Below are positions 1 through 8,483 of a stretch of DNA of 39,201 nt, piece after piece. Where the stretch lies: positions 1-39,201 of the forward strand of contig CAMTVO010000062.1 of assembly GCA_947085205.1 (NCBI GenBank), read 5' to 3'. Within the stretch, counting starts at the first letter, position 1. Each line of letters starts with the position of its first letter. The position numbers and the translations under genes were made by a program. A model generated the notes under the pieces. That model ran no database searches. It saw only the letters and a program-made list of their open reading frames with translations, and was not told the DNA's origin. This DNA comes from an uncultured Nitrospiraceae bacterium. GTDB taxonomy: Bacteria > Nitrospirota > Thermodesulfovibrionia > Thermodesulfovibrionales > Dissulfurispiraceae.

Positions 1-129
1 AATGAAGTTGAGCGCGTTGCTCCGGAAGAGTGCAGTCTTATCGGGATAATTGATATTGCAAAAGATTGTTATGATATTGACCTTTCCTTCCATCATGACA
101 AATACCTGTACGGCGAGGTTCCGGGTTGA
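1..129 (+). CDS. 3' end of putative VapB-type antitoxin (partial)
   Basis: Frame 1 open from the window start, ending ...DLSFHHDKYLYGEVPG*. The DLSxxHDxYLYG ending is typical of antitoxins preceding PIN toxins; TGA overlaps the TTG start of the PIN gene. Confidence 0.7.
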   Translation, partial: NEVERVAPEECSLIGIIDIAKDCYDIDLSFHHDKYLYGEVPG

Positions 130-539
130 AGGTTTTTATTGATACCAGCGCTTTTTGCGCCTTTGCTATTCCTAAAGACCAGAATAATTCCAATGCCAAA
201 GCCATCCATACTAAGCTTCAAGAACAAAAGGCAATTATCTATACTTCCGATTATGTTTTGGATGAAAGCTATACGCTCCTTAAAATGAGAGGTAGTCACA
301 CTACTTCCGTCAAATTTATGGACGAGATAGGCAGGAGCCATATAAATATCTTGAGAATCAATGGGGACATTGAAACTACTGCTAAGGCAATATTCAGAAA
401 GTTTGAAGATAAAAGATTGAGTTTTACAGATTGCACCAGCTTTGTCCTGATAGACCGGTTTGCTATTGAAGCAGTTTTTGCCTTTGACGAACATTTCAGA
501 TACCATCCTTACCCTCATTCTGTAAAGATATTTGGATAA
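126..539 (+). CDS. vapC: PIN-domain VapC-type toxin
   Basis: VFIDTSAF, YVLDE, SFTDC and FAFDEHF PIN motifs. Confidence 0.9.
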   Translation: MKVFIDTSAFCAFAIPKDQNNSNAKAIHTKLQEQKAIIYTSDYVLDESYTLLKMRGSHTTSVKFMDEIGRSHINILRINGDIETTAKAIFRKFEDKRLSFTDCTSFVLIDRFAIEAVFAFDEHFRYHPYPHSVKIFG

Positions 540-577
540 AGCCATTAAAAATCACTTAGTTGTTGAACAGTCTCCAC

Positions 578-730
578 TTAATCTTTTGCCGCTATAACCT
601 TTATCTCCCTCTCCACCGCCTCAAAAAACTTTTTGTAAAACTCCTCGTCCTCAACGGTTTTTTCTTCCTGCGAGCCGCCACAGGCAGAAGGGGAAATTAA
701 AATTACGAACAAAGAAGCAATTATTTTCAT
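578..730 (-). CDS. small 50-aa putative lipoprotein or remnant
   Basis: Hand translation MKIIASLFVILISPSACGGSQEEKTVEDEEFYKKFFEAVEREIKVIAAKD; hydrophobic N-terminus followed by Cys; below the ORF-track cutoff. Confidence 0.45.
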   Translation of the reverse strand: MKIIASLFVILISPSACGGSQEEKTVEDEEFYKKFFEAVEREIKVIAAKD

Positions 731-791
731 GATACCCACTGTAACTAAAAAGGGGATAGCTTAATATCAAAACTATCCCCCCGAAAGTTAT

Positions 792-824
792 GAAGAACCC
801 CACGGCAAGACCGCAGGGTTCTTC
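792..824 (-). terminator. hairpin terminator after the adhesin gene
   Basis: GAAGAACCC...GGGTTCTTC inverted repeat just past the adhesin stop. Confidence 0.55.
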
Positions 825-831
825 GCTCGCA

Positions 832-2829
832 TTACCAGCTGAATCCAACGCCTGCATTCACAGTTGCATTGTCACTGCTATACCCTACACCGAGTGTAGC
901 GGTAATATTGTTTGTAACTGCAGCTTTAACGCCAATAGCTATGGCATCTTGTCCTTTAAAGTGGCCGTAACCCGCGCCCAATGAAAAATTCTTACCATGA
1001 GCCGGACTTGGGATCGCCGCCAATGCTGCTACAGAAGCAATACCTGAATAAGCCTTTTTCTCAACTTTTTTGAGTGTGCGGTAGTTTACTGCATCAAAGT
1101 CACCTTGAGGGTCTGCTATTCCAGTAACTCTTGCTGGTCCACCTGTGGCAACATCTCTGAAGGTTGCACCGCTGTCATCCAACCTAAGTTCAGTGGTACC
1201 TGTTCCACCCCGTATAACTGTGTAGGTAGGAGTAGCTTCAACACCATTTACACTGCCGCCTGCGTTAGTAACGCCTATAATAGCACTGTTGTTGCTCACA
1301 CTCAGCCTGCCTGTACCGGCGGTAACGGTCGTTGCGCCGGTGATGCTGGTGTTAGCCACAATCGCAACATTGCCAGTGGTTACACTTAGCTCAGTGGGTC
1401 CACCGCCCGAGTTTACGGTTAGGGTGTTATTGACGGTCGTTGCGCCGTTCAGGGTCGCCGCGCCAGTCACGCCCAAGGTGCCGCCGATGCTGGCGTTACC
1501 GGTAGCAGTAAGGTTACCAGTGATGCCAGTGTTTCCGGTAATGGTGGTAGCACCGGTGATGTTGGCACCGCCGCTGGTGACCGTCAGACCATTACTCACA
1601 GTTGCACTGCCAGTAATACTCGTATTGCCGGTGATGCTGACGCCCGTGTTGTTTACTGTTACACTGCTTGAGCCACCTTGGATGGTTGTGGTGTCCGTCA
1701 GACCGGTATTACCCAAAGTGACGCTCATCGCGCTGCTATCAGCTGCGGTCGTAATCCGAAGTGCATCGCGTTCAGCACCCGCACTACCCCCAACGGTCAG
1801 GCTGGTGCCGCCCGGTGCATCACCGTCTTGCAAGGTCAACGTTGAGCTGTTGGTGCCGCCTGACAGGGTGGTGACGACTCCTCCTGTCCCTGTATCACTG
1901 ATGATCAAGCCGTGGTCGATGCCGTTGCTGCCACGGTACAATACCACTGCTCCCGAACCACCATCCACAGCGATAACGCCGTTGTTGGGGTTGTCCGCCA
2001 TGCTGCTTGTCATGCCAACATTGTTGGGCCCATCAATACCCATGCCAGCACCACTGCCGCCAAATGTGCCGACCATTATGCCAGCAATACCGTTTGTCGC
2101 GTCAATACCCATGGTCACACTAGGGCCTAGGGCCGTCGTGCTCATGATAACACCGCTTCCGTTTACAGTAAGGGTATTCGTGCCGTCGGTGATGGTGTTG
2201 GTAGCGCCGGTGATGTTGGCACCGCCGCTGGTAACCGTCAGACCGGTACCTACAGTTGCACTGCCGGTGGTGTTCAGCGTGGCGGTGTCAATGTTGCCGG
2301 TATTGACTATAGTGCCGGAGTTCACCGTTGTGGCTCCCAAGGTGGTGATCGTTCCAGTTGCACCCAGGATGTTAGCGGTGCTGCTACCCAAAGCACCGGA
2401 GATGTTTGCTGATGCGCCTGTGATTGCAGCGGTGCCGCTACCAAGGTTGCCGGATACGTCTGCATTCACTACGCCGGACAGACTGCCACCAGTCATGGTC
2501 GCCGTCCCGTCTGTTACAGATGCGCCGGTGATGGTGCCGCTGGCGTCGATATTCGTTGCGTCGGAGATTGCGCCACCGGTAATGCTCGCCGTGCCGTCAG
2601 TTAAAGTGCCGCCGCTGATGGTGCCTGTGGTGGTAAGGTTGTTGGTCGAGATCATGTCGCCGGTAAGAGCGTCGATATCCCAGTCGCCTGCGTTGCCGGT
2701 GACGCCGTCGGTGGTGATCTCGACGGCAAAGGCCGGCCCGCTCAACGCCGCAAAAGCCAATACAGTAAAAATGGTGATGAGTAGCAGACTGATGTTGCTA
2801 CTGAGTCTGCCGTTGCATTTTTGCTTCAT
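832..2829 (-). CDS. YadA-like trimeric autotransporter adhesin
   Basis: Signal peptide, G/T/N/S-rich repetitive passenger, neck motif (RVTGIADPQGDFDAVNY), C-terminal anchor GIASVAALAAIP...GAGYG...NAGVGFSW. Confidence 0.9.
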   Translation of the reverse strand: MKQKCNGRLSSNISLLLITIFTVLAFAALSGPAFAVEITTDGVTGNAGDWDIDALTGDMISTNNLTTTGTISGGTLTDGTASITGGAISDATNIDASGTITGASVTDGTATMTGGSLSGVVNADVSGNLGSGTAAITGASANISGALGSSTANILGATGTITTLGATTVNSGTIVNTGNIDTATLNTTGSATVGTGLTVTSGGANITGATNTITDGTNTLTVNGSGVIMSTTALGPSVTMGIDATNGIAGIMVGTFGGSGAGMGIDGPNNVGMTSSMADNPNNGVIAVDGGSGAVVLYRGSNGIDHGLIISDTGTGGVVTTLSGGTNSSTLTLQDGDAPGGTSLTVGGSAGAERDALRITTAADSSAMSVTLGNTGLTDTTTIQGGSSSVTVNNTGVSITGNTSITGSATVSNGLTVTSGGANITGATTITGNTGITGNLTATGNASIGGTLGVTGAATLNGATTVNNTLTVNSGGGPTELSVTTGNVAIVANTSITGATTVTAGTGRLSVSNNSAIIGVTNAGGSVNGVEATPTYTVIRGGTGTTELRLDDSGATFRDVATGGPARVTGIADPQGDFDAVNYRTLKKVEKKAYSGIASVAALAAIPSPAHGKNFSLGAGYGHFKGQDAIAIGVKAAVTNNITATLGVGYSSDNATVNAGVGFSW

Positions 2830-2896
2830 TTTTTACCCCCTTTAAAAATTTTTGACCTGTTAAAACTTCCCCTTTTGTTAAGAAGTCACCTTGCTT

Positions 2897-3544
2897 TCAT
2901 TGCACCACCTCCTTTTTTATAGATATGCACCCCGCTCCGGCTGGCATGAGAAAAATCTTCATGGCTGGCCCTCCGTCAAGGATTGTTATGGACGGAGCGC
3001 GTGCGGCTGACGGCGCACTCTGCTTGGTGTCAATGCGCTTCAACCCGCCAAAATTCTGGTTTGCGACCTTATCGCATCCCTGTGCCCAGTACACAACGGT
3101 TTCGTACATCCCGCCGCAGCCGTTTGCTTGATTAGGGGCAAAACTGGCGCTGGCATACGCAAGCGGCACATTTTTTGACTGTATTTCAAGAGATACCGAA
3201 ACAATCTGCTGGTCCGGGTTGGCAGATGGTACAAATATAAGCGCGTTAGACCACTGGCTGCCCGCAGTCAGAAAGTTTGTAATCTGATTGATGCGGCCGA
3301 CGCACGACAGAACCCCTGCCTGCACTGCGGCCTGCGTGACGGCATTAACCGATGGAGTGGCAGCCTGTATTGTTTGCTGTGTTGCAGGAGGTTGTCCCGG
3401 CTTTTCTTGCGCAAACACAAACGGCTCAAACATAAGCAGAGTGAGCAGAATAAAGGCGCTGAGAATGGCGGTTATGCGGGTCTCAATTACAAAAATATTT
3501 TTTAAGGATGTTAAGTACTTTGCTTTGAATTTTTTGTATGCCAT
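2897..3544 (-). CDS. exported/membrane-anchored hypothetical protein with 4 Cys
   Basis: Hydrophobic segment ending VFA-Q, Q/P/A linker, globular domain with four Cys; co-oriented directly upstream of the adhesin. Confidence 0.75.
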   Translation of the reverse strand: MAYKKFKAKYLTSLKNIFVIETRITAILSAFILLTLLMFEPFVFAQEKPGQPPATQQTIQAATPSVNAVTQAAVQAGVLSCVGRINQITNFLTAGSQWSNALIFVPSANPDQQIVSVSLEIQSKNVPLAYASASFAPNQANGCGGMYETVVYWAQGCDKVANQNFGGLKRIDTKQSAPSAARAPSITILDGGPAMKIFLMPAGAGCISIKKEVVQ

Positions 3545-3787
3545 AAAAAGTGTCTCCTATTCAGTAGTGTTTATGCTGAAAAAAATATGACTCTTGCTTT
3601 TTGCCCTTAGACCCATATAGCCACATACTACTTGTGCGTGGTGCGTGACCGTAGGACTTGAAGCAAAAGCAGACCGAAAAACTACAATTTTATCTTTTTA
3701 TACACTTTTTACATTGTATTGTCAAGAAGAATTTTTACAATCTAAAACATTGTAGTAAGCAGAAGGTGAGGGTTGTTATAGTGGTTT

Positions 3788-4153
3788 ATGCAGAAAAAGA
3801 AGCTAAAAACGAGCAGGGAGATCGGTGAGAAGATTAAAAGAAGGAGGAGGGAACTCGGGATTTCACAGGAAGGCCTTGCTGAAATATTGGGCGTTACATA
3901 TCAACAGGTTCAAAGGTATGAGAATGGGACGAATAAACTCAATGTGGAAAACATCCAGATGGTTGCAGATGCCATAAATGTGCCTGTTTCTTATTTCTTT
4001 GAAGGTGAAAAGCCATTAATGGTTGCTGAAAAGTCAGCGCCTTATCTGCCATCCGATGAAATCAAGCTTTTAAGGCATTTCAGAAAAATCAAAAGCAGCG
4101 CTTCTAAAAATACAGTCATTCAGGTTGCCAGAATTGCAGCAAAGGCAGATTGA
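3788..4153 (+). CDS. XRE-family HTH transcriptional regulator
   Basis: GISQEGLAEILGVTYQQVQRYENG HTH_3 motif. Confidence 0.9.
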   Translation: MQKKKLKTSREIGEKIKRRRRELGISQEGLAEILGVTYQQVQRYENGTNKLNVENIQMVADAINVPVSYFFEGEKPLMVAEKSAPYLPSDEIKLLRHFRKIKSSASKNTVIQVARIAAKAD

Positions 4154-4166
4154 TGTTTTTGAACAG

Positions 4167-4952
4167 CTAAAGTTCAGCGTCCTTTAGCGTGTCTTTGCAG
4201 GGGCAGCTTCGGGATGATGGAATGTTTATGACTGCTTCTTTGATTAGCGCTTTTATGCGATCTGTGGAGTTTTTCATTGTCTCAACAACTTCTGTGGTTG
4301 TGAGTTTGCGTTCTGAGATTCCTGCAGCGTAATTGGTCACAACAGATATTCCTGAAATGCATATCTCAAGCTCTCTTGCAAGTGCTGCCTCTGGCATTGC
4401 TGTCATGCCAACAACATCAGCGCCTATTAAAGAAAAGAACTGTATCTCCTTTGCTGTCTCGAGCCTCGGGCCATTGACACATATATAGGTTCCTGTAGAT
4501 TTTATCGGAAGCCCGATATTCTGAGAGGACTTGAAGATGAAGTCCCTCATTTCAGGACAGTATGGATTAGTGAAGTCAATATGAACTACCTTATCTTTGT
4601 CGTAAAATGTGGATTCTCTCACTCCATAGGTCATGTCTATTATCTGGTCAAGGAGAACAATGTCACCTGGAGAGAGGTCTTTGTTTATTCCGCCAACTGC
4701 ACTTACCGAGATGATTCGCTCGATACCTAATGATTTGAAACCCCAGATGTTTGCCCTGTAATTTATCTTATGGGGTGGTATGCTGTGCGGTATGCCATGC
4801 CTCGGCAGGAATACTATCTCTTTGTCACCAATCGTTCCTATTTTGTAAACAGATGAAGGCTCTCCGTAAGGGGTGGATATGGAGATCTCTTTTGTTATCT
4901 CCAGCCCTTCAATCTCATAAAGTCCGCTTCCGCCTATTAAACCTATTGTCAT
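4167..4952 (-). CDS. mtnP: S-methyl-5'-thioadenosine phosphorylase
   Basis: IGGSG, FLPRHG, PPHKINYRAN, GPRLET and VVGMT motifs. Confidence 0.9.
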   Translation of the reverse strand: MTIGLIGGSGLYEIEGLEITKEISISTPYGEPSSVYKIGTIGDKEIVFLPRHGIPHSIPPHKINYRANIWGFKSLGIERIISVSAVGGINKDLSPGDIVLLDQIIDMTYGVRESTFYDKDKVVHIDFTNPYCPEMRDFIFKSSQNIGLPIKSTGTYICVNGPRLETAKEIQFFSLIGADVVGMTAMPEAALARELEICISGISVVTNYAAGISERKLTTTEVVETMKNSTDRIKALIKEAVINIPSSRSCPCKDTLKDAEL

Positions 4953-5045
4953 GGGGATATTTTATGGTATTGGATATTTTGAGTGCAAGGGAAAAGCATC
5001 AAGGGTTATGGTATTATAATGATGATTTTATAACGGAGGATTTTG

Positions 5046-6431
5046 ATGATGGATGATGCAATTCTGCAAAGACTTATAAAAAAGGTGCTTTCCAACGGCG
5101 GGGAATATGCTGATATATTTGTTGAACAGAGGAGAACAAGCGCTATCCAGCTTGAGGATGACAAGATAGAGAAGGTTATTACCGGTTCGAATGCGGGAGT
5201 CGGCATCAGGCTTATATACAACGGCAAAACCGCTTATGCGTTTAGCAATGATTTTTCCGAAGGCGTCCTAATGGAACTTGCGGCTGCTGTGAGCAAGGCT
5301 GCATCCGGTTCGGCAGTGGATACTGTTATTGATATGAAAAAGAGAAATCCCGAGGTAACTTTCACTATTAAAAAAGCGCCTGAGACAGTTCCCATGTCAC
5401 AAAAGATTGACCTTGTAAAACTCGGCAATGACACTGCCCGGAAGTTCGACAGGAGGATTAAGCAGGTCAATATAATCTATAGGGACTCCTTGCAGAAGGT
5501 TAAGGTTTATACTTCGGAAGGTTTTTTGTCCGAGGACGAGAGGGTTTATACATTAGGAGTTGTTCAGGTAGTTGCCATAGACGGTGGGGTTATTCAGACA
5601 GGTTATGAGCCAGTGGGTGGACTGATAGGTTTTGAGCTTTTTGATGACAATCTTATGGATGCGGTTGCGCTTAAGGCTGCGCAGAGGGCTGTAATGATGC
5701 TTAACGCAAAGAGGGCTCCGGGTGGAAGGATGCCTGTGGTTATTTCTTCGGAGGCCGGCGGGACAATGATACATGAGGCAATAGGGCATGGTCTTGAGGC
5801 TGACCTCGCACAGCAGGGATTGTCTGTTTATTCTAAAAAGATAGGCCGGCAGGTGGCATCTCCTGCAATTACGGTTATAGATGATGCAACACTTCCGAAC
5901 AAAAGGGGGTCTTTCTCTTTTGATGATGAAGGGACTCCATCAAAAAGAAATGTGCTTGTGAAAGACGGGATTCTTCTTGGATACATGTATGACAGGTATA
6001 CAGCTATGGTTGACGATACTTCATCCACAGGCAACGGCAGAAGAGAATCATATGAACACAAGCCTGTGCCGAGAATGACAAATACATTCATAGCTCAGGG
6101 CATTCTTTCTTCAGATGAGGTTGTAAAATCTGTTCCGAAAGGACTGATTGTTAAAAAGATGGGAGGAGGACAGGTAAACACAGTGACAGGTGATTTTGTT
6201 TTTGAGGTTCAGGAGGGGTACATTATAGAAAATGGCGAGACAGGCGAGCCTATAAGAGGTGCTACCCTCATCGGAAACGGCCCTGAGGTATTAAAGTCCA
6301 TAGATATGGTCGCTTCAGACCTCGGCTTTTCAATCGGTACATGCGGCAAGGACGGGCAGGGTGTGCCTGTATCGGATGCCATGCCTACCTTGAGAATTCC
6401 GGAGATAGTAGTCGGCGGCGAAGTCGGTTAG
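5046..6431 (+). CDS. tldD: TldD/PmbA family metalloprotease (TldD type)
   Basis: HEAIGHGLEAD, FDDEG, PRMTNT, CGKDGQ; RBS GGAGGA at 5035-5040. Confidence 0.92.
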   Translation: MMDDAILQRLIKKVLSNGGEYADIFVEQRRTSAIQLEDDKIEKVITGSNAGVGIRLIYNGKTAYAFSNDFSEGVLMELAAAVSKAASGSAVDTVIDMKKRNPEVTFTIKKAPETVPMSQKIDLVKLGNDTARKFDRRIKQVNIIYRDSLQKVKVYTSEGFLSEDERVYTLGVVQVVAIDGGVIQTGYEPVGGLIGFELFDDNLMDAVALKAAQRAVMMLNAKRAPGGRMPVVISSEAGGTMIHEAIGHGLEADLAQQGLSVYSKKIGRQVASPAITVIDDATLPNKRGSFSFDDEGTPSKRNVLVKDGILLGYMYDRYTAMVDDTSSTGNGRRESYEHKPVPRMTNTFIAQGILSSDEVVKSVPKGLIVKKMGGGQVNTVTGDFVFEVQEGYIIENGETGEPIRGATLIGNGPEVLKSIDMVASDLGFSIGTCGKDGQGVPVSDAMPTLRIPEIVVGGEVG

Positions 6432-6515
6432 ATTTAGTGTGGTAAATATTACACAACTTCGAAATTAATCAACACTTACCTATTTTTATCTTATTGATTT
6501 ATCTGAATTTTATAA

Positions 6516-6531
6516 TGGCATGTTATTTGCT
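6516..6531 (+). promoter_or_regulatory. sigma54 -24/-12 promoter of lpxC
   Basis: TGGCATGTTATTTGCT, GG-N10-GC spacing. Confidence 0.65.
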
Positions 6532-6546
6532 TGCTCTATTACCCTG

Positions 6547-7443
6547 ATGAGATTACAGAGAACAATTAAAAAAGAGGTTACCTTTCAGGGCATAGGCCTG
6601 CACACGGGGAAGTACGCGACCGTGAAACTGAAGCCTGCCTCGAGGGATACCGGCATGGTTTTTTACAGGATAGACAAAGGCGCTATAATAAGGGCAAATA
6701 TAACCTCTGTTGTCGACACCGCCTTTGCTACCACGCTCGGTTTTGTCAGCGGCACAGACATAGCGAAGGTAAAGACTGTTGAACACCTGCTTGCTGCCGC
6801 AGCAGGGCTCGGTATCGACAATTTAATAGTTGAGGTTGACGGTCCGGAAATCCCCATACTTGATGGAAGCTCCACGAGGCTGGTAAGCATTATGCTTGAA
6901 GCGGGTATAGCAAAACAGGGCAAAAAGATGCCGTTCATAAAGATTATCAGGCCGGTTGTTTATGAGGATGCCCATTCAAGGATAGTTGCGCTTCCTTACG
7001 ACGGCGCACGTATATCTTACTATATAAATTTCGGTAACCACATGCTCGGGCAGCAGGAACTCTCGCTGGATATAAATGAAGAGAGCTTTGTTAAGGAAAT
7101 AGCCCCTGCGAGGACATTCGGTTTTCTCAGCGATGTCGAAAAACTGAGAGCAAATGGCCTTGCAAAAGGCGGCTCGCTCGATAATGCGGTAATTGTGGGC
7201 GATGACGGCGTTTTAAATGCGGCAGGACTTAGGTTCGAAGACGAATTTGTAAGGCATAAGATACTCGATTCGATAGGAGATTTGTCGTTAATCGGATTTC
7301 CGATACATGGTCATATCATGCTTGAGAAGGCAGGACATACCGCAAATATAAACTTTTTGAAGAAGCTTGCCTTATCAGTTAACTCATACAGCCTCATCTC
7401 AGGTGTTGACCATTTACCCCGCCAAGTTTTAAACTATAGCTAA
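6547..7443 (+). CDS. lpxC: UDP-3-O-acyl-GlcNAc deacetylase
   Basis: QRTI..GIGLHTG, TVEHLL, EIPILDGS, ARTFGF and HKILD motifs; start moved to ATG 6547. Confidence 0.95.
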   Translation: MRLQRTIKKEVTFQGIGLHTGKYATVKLKPASRDTGMVFYRIDKGAIIRANITSVVDTAFATTLGFVSGTDIAKVKTVEHLLAAAAGLGIDNLIVEVDGPEIPILDGSSTRLVSIMLEAGIAKQGKKMPFIKIIRPVVYEDAHSRIVALPYDGARISYYINFGNHMLGQQELSLDINEESFVKEIAPARTFGFLSDVEKLRANGLAKGGSLDNAVIVGDDGVLNAAGLRFEDEFVRHKILDSIGDLSLIGFPIHGHIMLEKAGHTANINFLKKLALSVNSYSLISGVDHLPRQVLNYS

Positions 7444-7451
7444 TAAAAAAG

Positions 7452-7510
7452 AGGGAATACCCAAAATTTCGGTTTCTCGGAATACAAAATTATCGTTTTG
7501 GGTATTCCCT
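7452..7510. terminator. long-stem inverted repeat between convergent genes
   Basis: AGGGAATACCCAAAA (7452-7466) and TTTTGGGTATTCCCT (7496-7510) form a perfect 15-bp stem. Confidence 0.65.
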
Positions 7511-7534
7511 AATTCTTTCCTCTCCAGACTGTTG

Positions 7535-7600
7535 TTATTTCTTCTTTGCGGTCTTCTTTGCCGGAGCCTTTTTTGCTGGAGCCTTTTTTGCTGTTGCCAT
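7535..7600 (-). CDS. 21-aa Lys/Ala/Pro-rich histone-H1-like mini-protein MATAKKAPAKKAPAKKTAKKK
   Basis: Strong RBS AGGAGGTGA 5 nt before the ATG; PAKK repeats; clean TAA. Confidence 0.75.
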   Translation of the reverse strand: MATAKKAPAKKAPAKKTAKKK

Positions 7601-7645
7601 TCCATTCACCTCCTTTCGCTCGTTAAAATGTCTTAAGAGCGGTTG

Positions 7646-7699
7646 TTATTTCTTCTTTGCCGGAGCCTTCTTTGCTGCTGCTTTCTTCTTTGCTGCCAT
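7646..7699 (-). CDS. 17-aa Lys/Ala-rich mini-protein MAAKKKAAAKKAPAKKK
   Basis: RBS GGTGGTGA before the ATG; paralogous to 7535-7600; both stops followed by CAAC. Confidence 0.72.
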   Translation of the reverse strand: MAAKKKAAAKKAPAKKK

Positions 7700-7768
7700 T
7701 CTATTCACCACCCTTCCCGTCCCTCAAAGACTTTTCAATGAAAGTTATTTGAGGGAGCTTTTAAAAGC

Positions 7769-8314
7769 CTAAACCCTTCCCAGTAAGGTAATCCTTTTTT
7801 CTGCAAGGATGCGTTTCAATGCCGCATCCTTCTGCTTCTTCTGTTTGTATTCCGCCTCTTCAATGACCGTGCAATTTATTTTTTTGCCGAATTTCTTTTC
7901 GATATCGTGCAAACCGACCAAGAGCGCAGAGGTGAACGAGCCGATTACCATCAGGTCAACGGTCGGGGTGTCTTCTCCTTCGGCGTATGGACCGTAGATA
8001 AATGCCGACTTTATCTCATTTGCCCTTAAGAGGCTTTTTAAACCTCCGGGAAGTCCGAGGGATTTTGCAATGAGGTCTTTCAATTCTGAAAACAGGGGAG
8101 AGTTTTTATTGGCCTGGAAGTATTTGAGGTTTGCAACCTTTTCGCTGAATACGAGTTCCATTTTTTCTAACTTGTCGAGTTCTCTTTTTACTCCGGATGG
8201 GTTTTTCCTAATGAGCCTCGCTATCTCTCTGACATAAAACTTTTCATCAGGGCTGTTCAGCAGCAGCGCCAGGACATCGGCTCTTATTGATGATGAGAAT
8301 AAGCTTTTAAGCAT
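7769..8314 (-). CDS. winged-HTH plus minimal nucleotidyltransferase-like domain protein (degenerate active site)
   Basis: N-terminal LFSSSIR..FYVREIARL..VKRELDKL wHTH; C-terminal FIYGPYAEG..TVDLMVIG resembles the MNT GSxA..DxD motif. Confidence 0.8.
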   Translation of the reverse strand: MLKSLFSSSIRADVLALLLNSPDEKFYVREIARLIRKNPSGVKRELDKLEKMELVFSEKVANLKYFQANKNSPLFSELKDLIAKSLGLPGGLKSLLRANEIKSAFIYGPYAEGEDTPTVDLMVIGSFTSALLVGLHDIEKKFGKKINCTVIEEAEYKQKKQKDAALKRILAEKRITLLGRV

Positions 8315-8483
8315 TCTTTTCTCCTTTAGGAAAAAATATACACGATAATTTTCTTTTTGTCAACAAAAAAATTAATTTTTAAAACAAAAGTTGTTTTTTA
8401 TAGAACATTCTATTTTTGAGAACGATTGTTCAAGAAAGTAATCTTTTTTGTTTTGGGAATGCAAAATGGCTTTAATAAAGGAT

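Noticed and set aside
1289..2845. 518-aa plus-strand ORF
   Set aside because: Antisense shadow of the Gly/Thr-rich adhesin; Val/Pro-rich with no recognisable domain
3590..3675. c-di-GMP-I riboswitch (GGGTCTAAGG on the minus strand)
   Set aside because: No GGCAAAC/GAAA-tetraloop P1 arm visible; kept only as a generic hairpin
8419..8430. GAAC-N4-GTTC as a LexA SOS box
   Set aside because: Single match; LexA specificity of this lineage is unknown from the window; more simply a local operator
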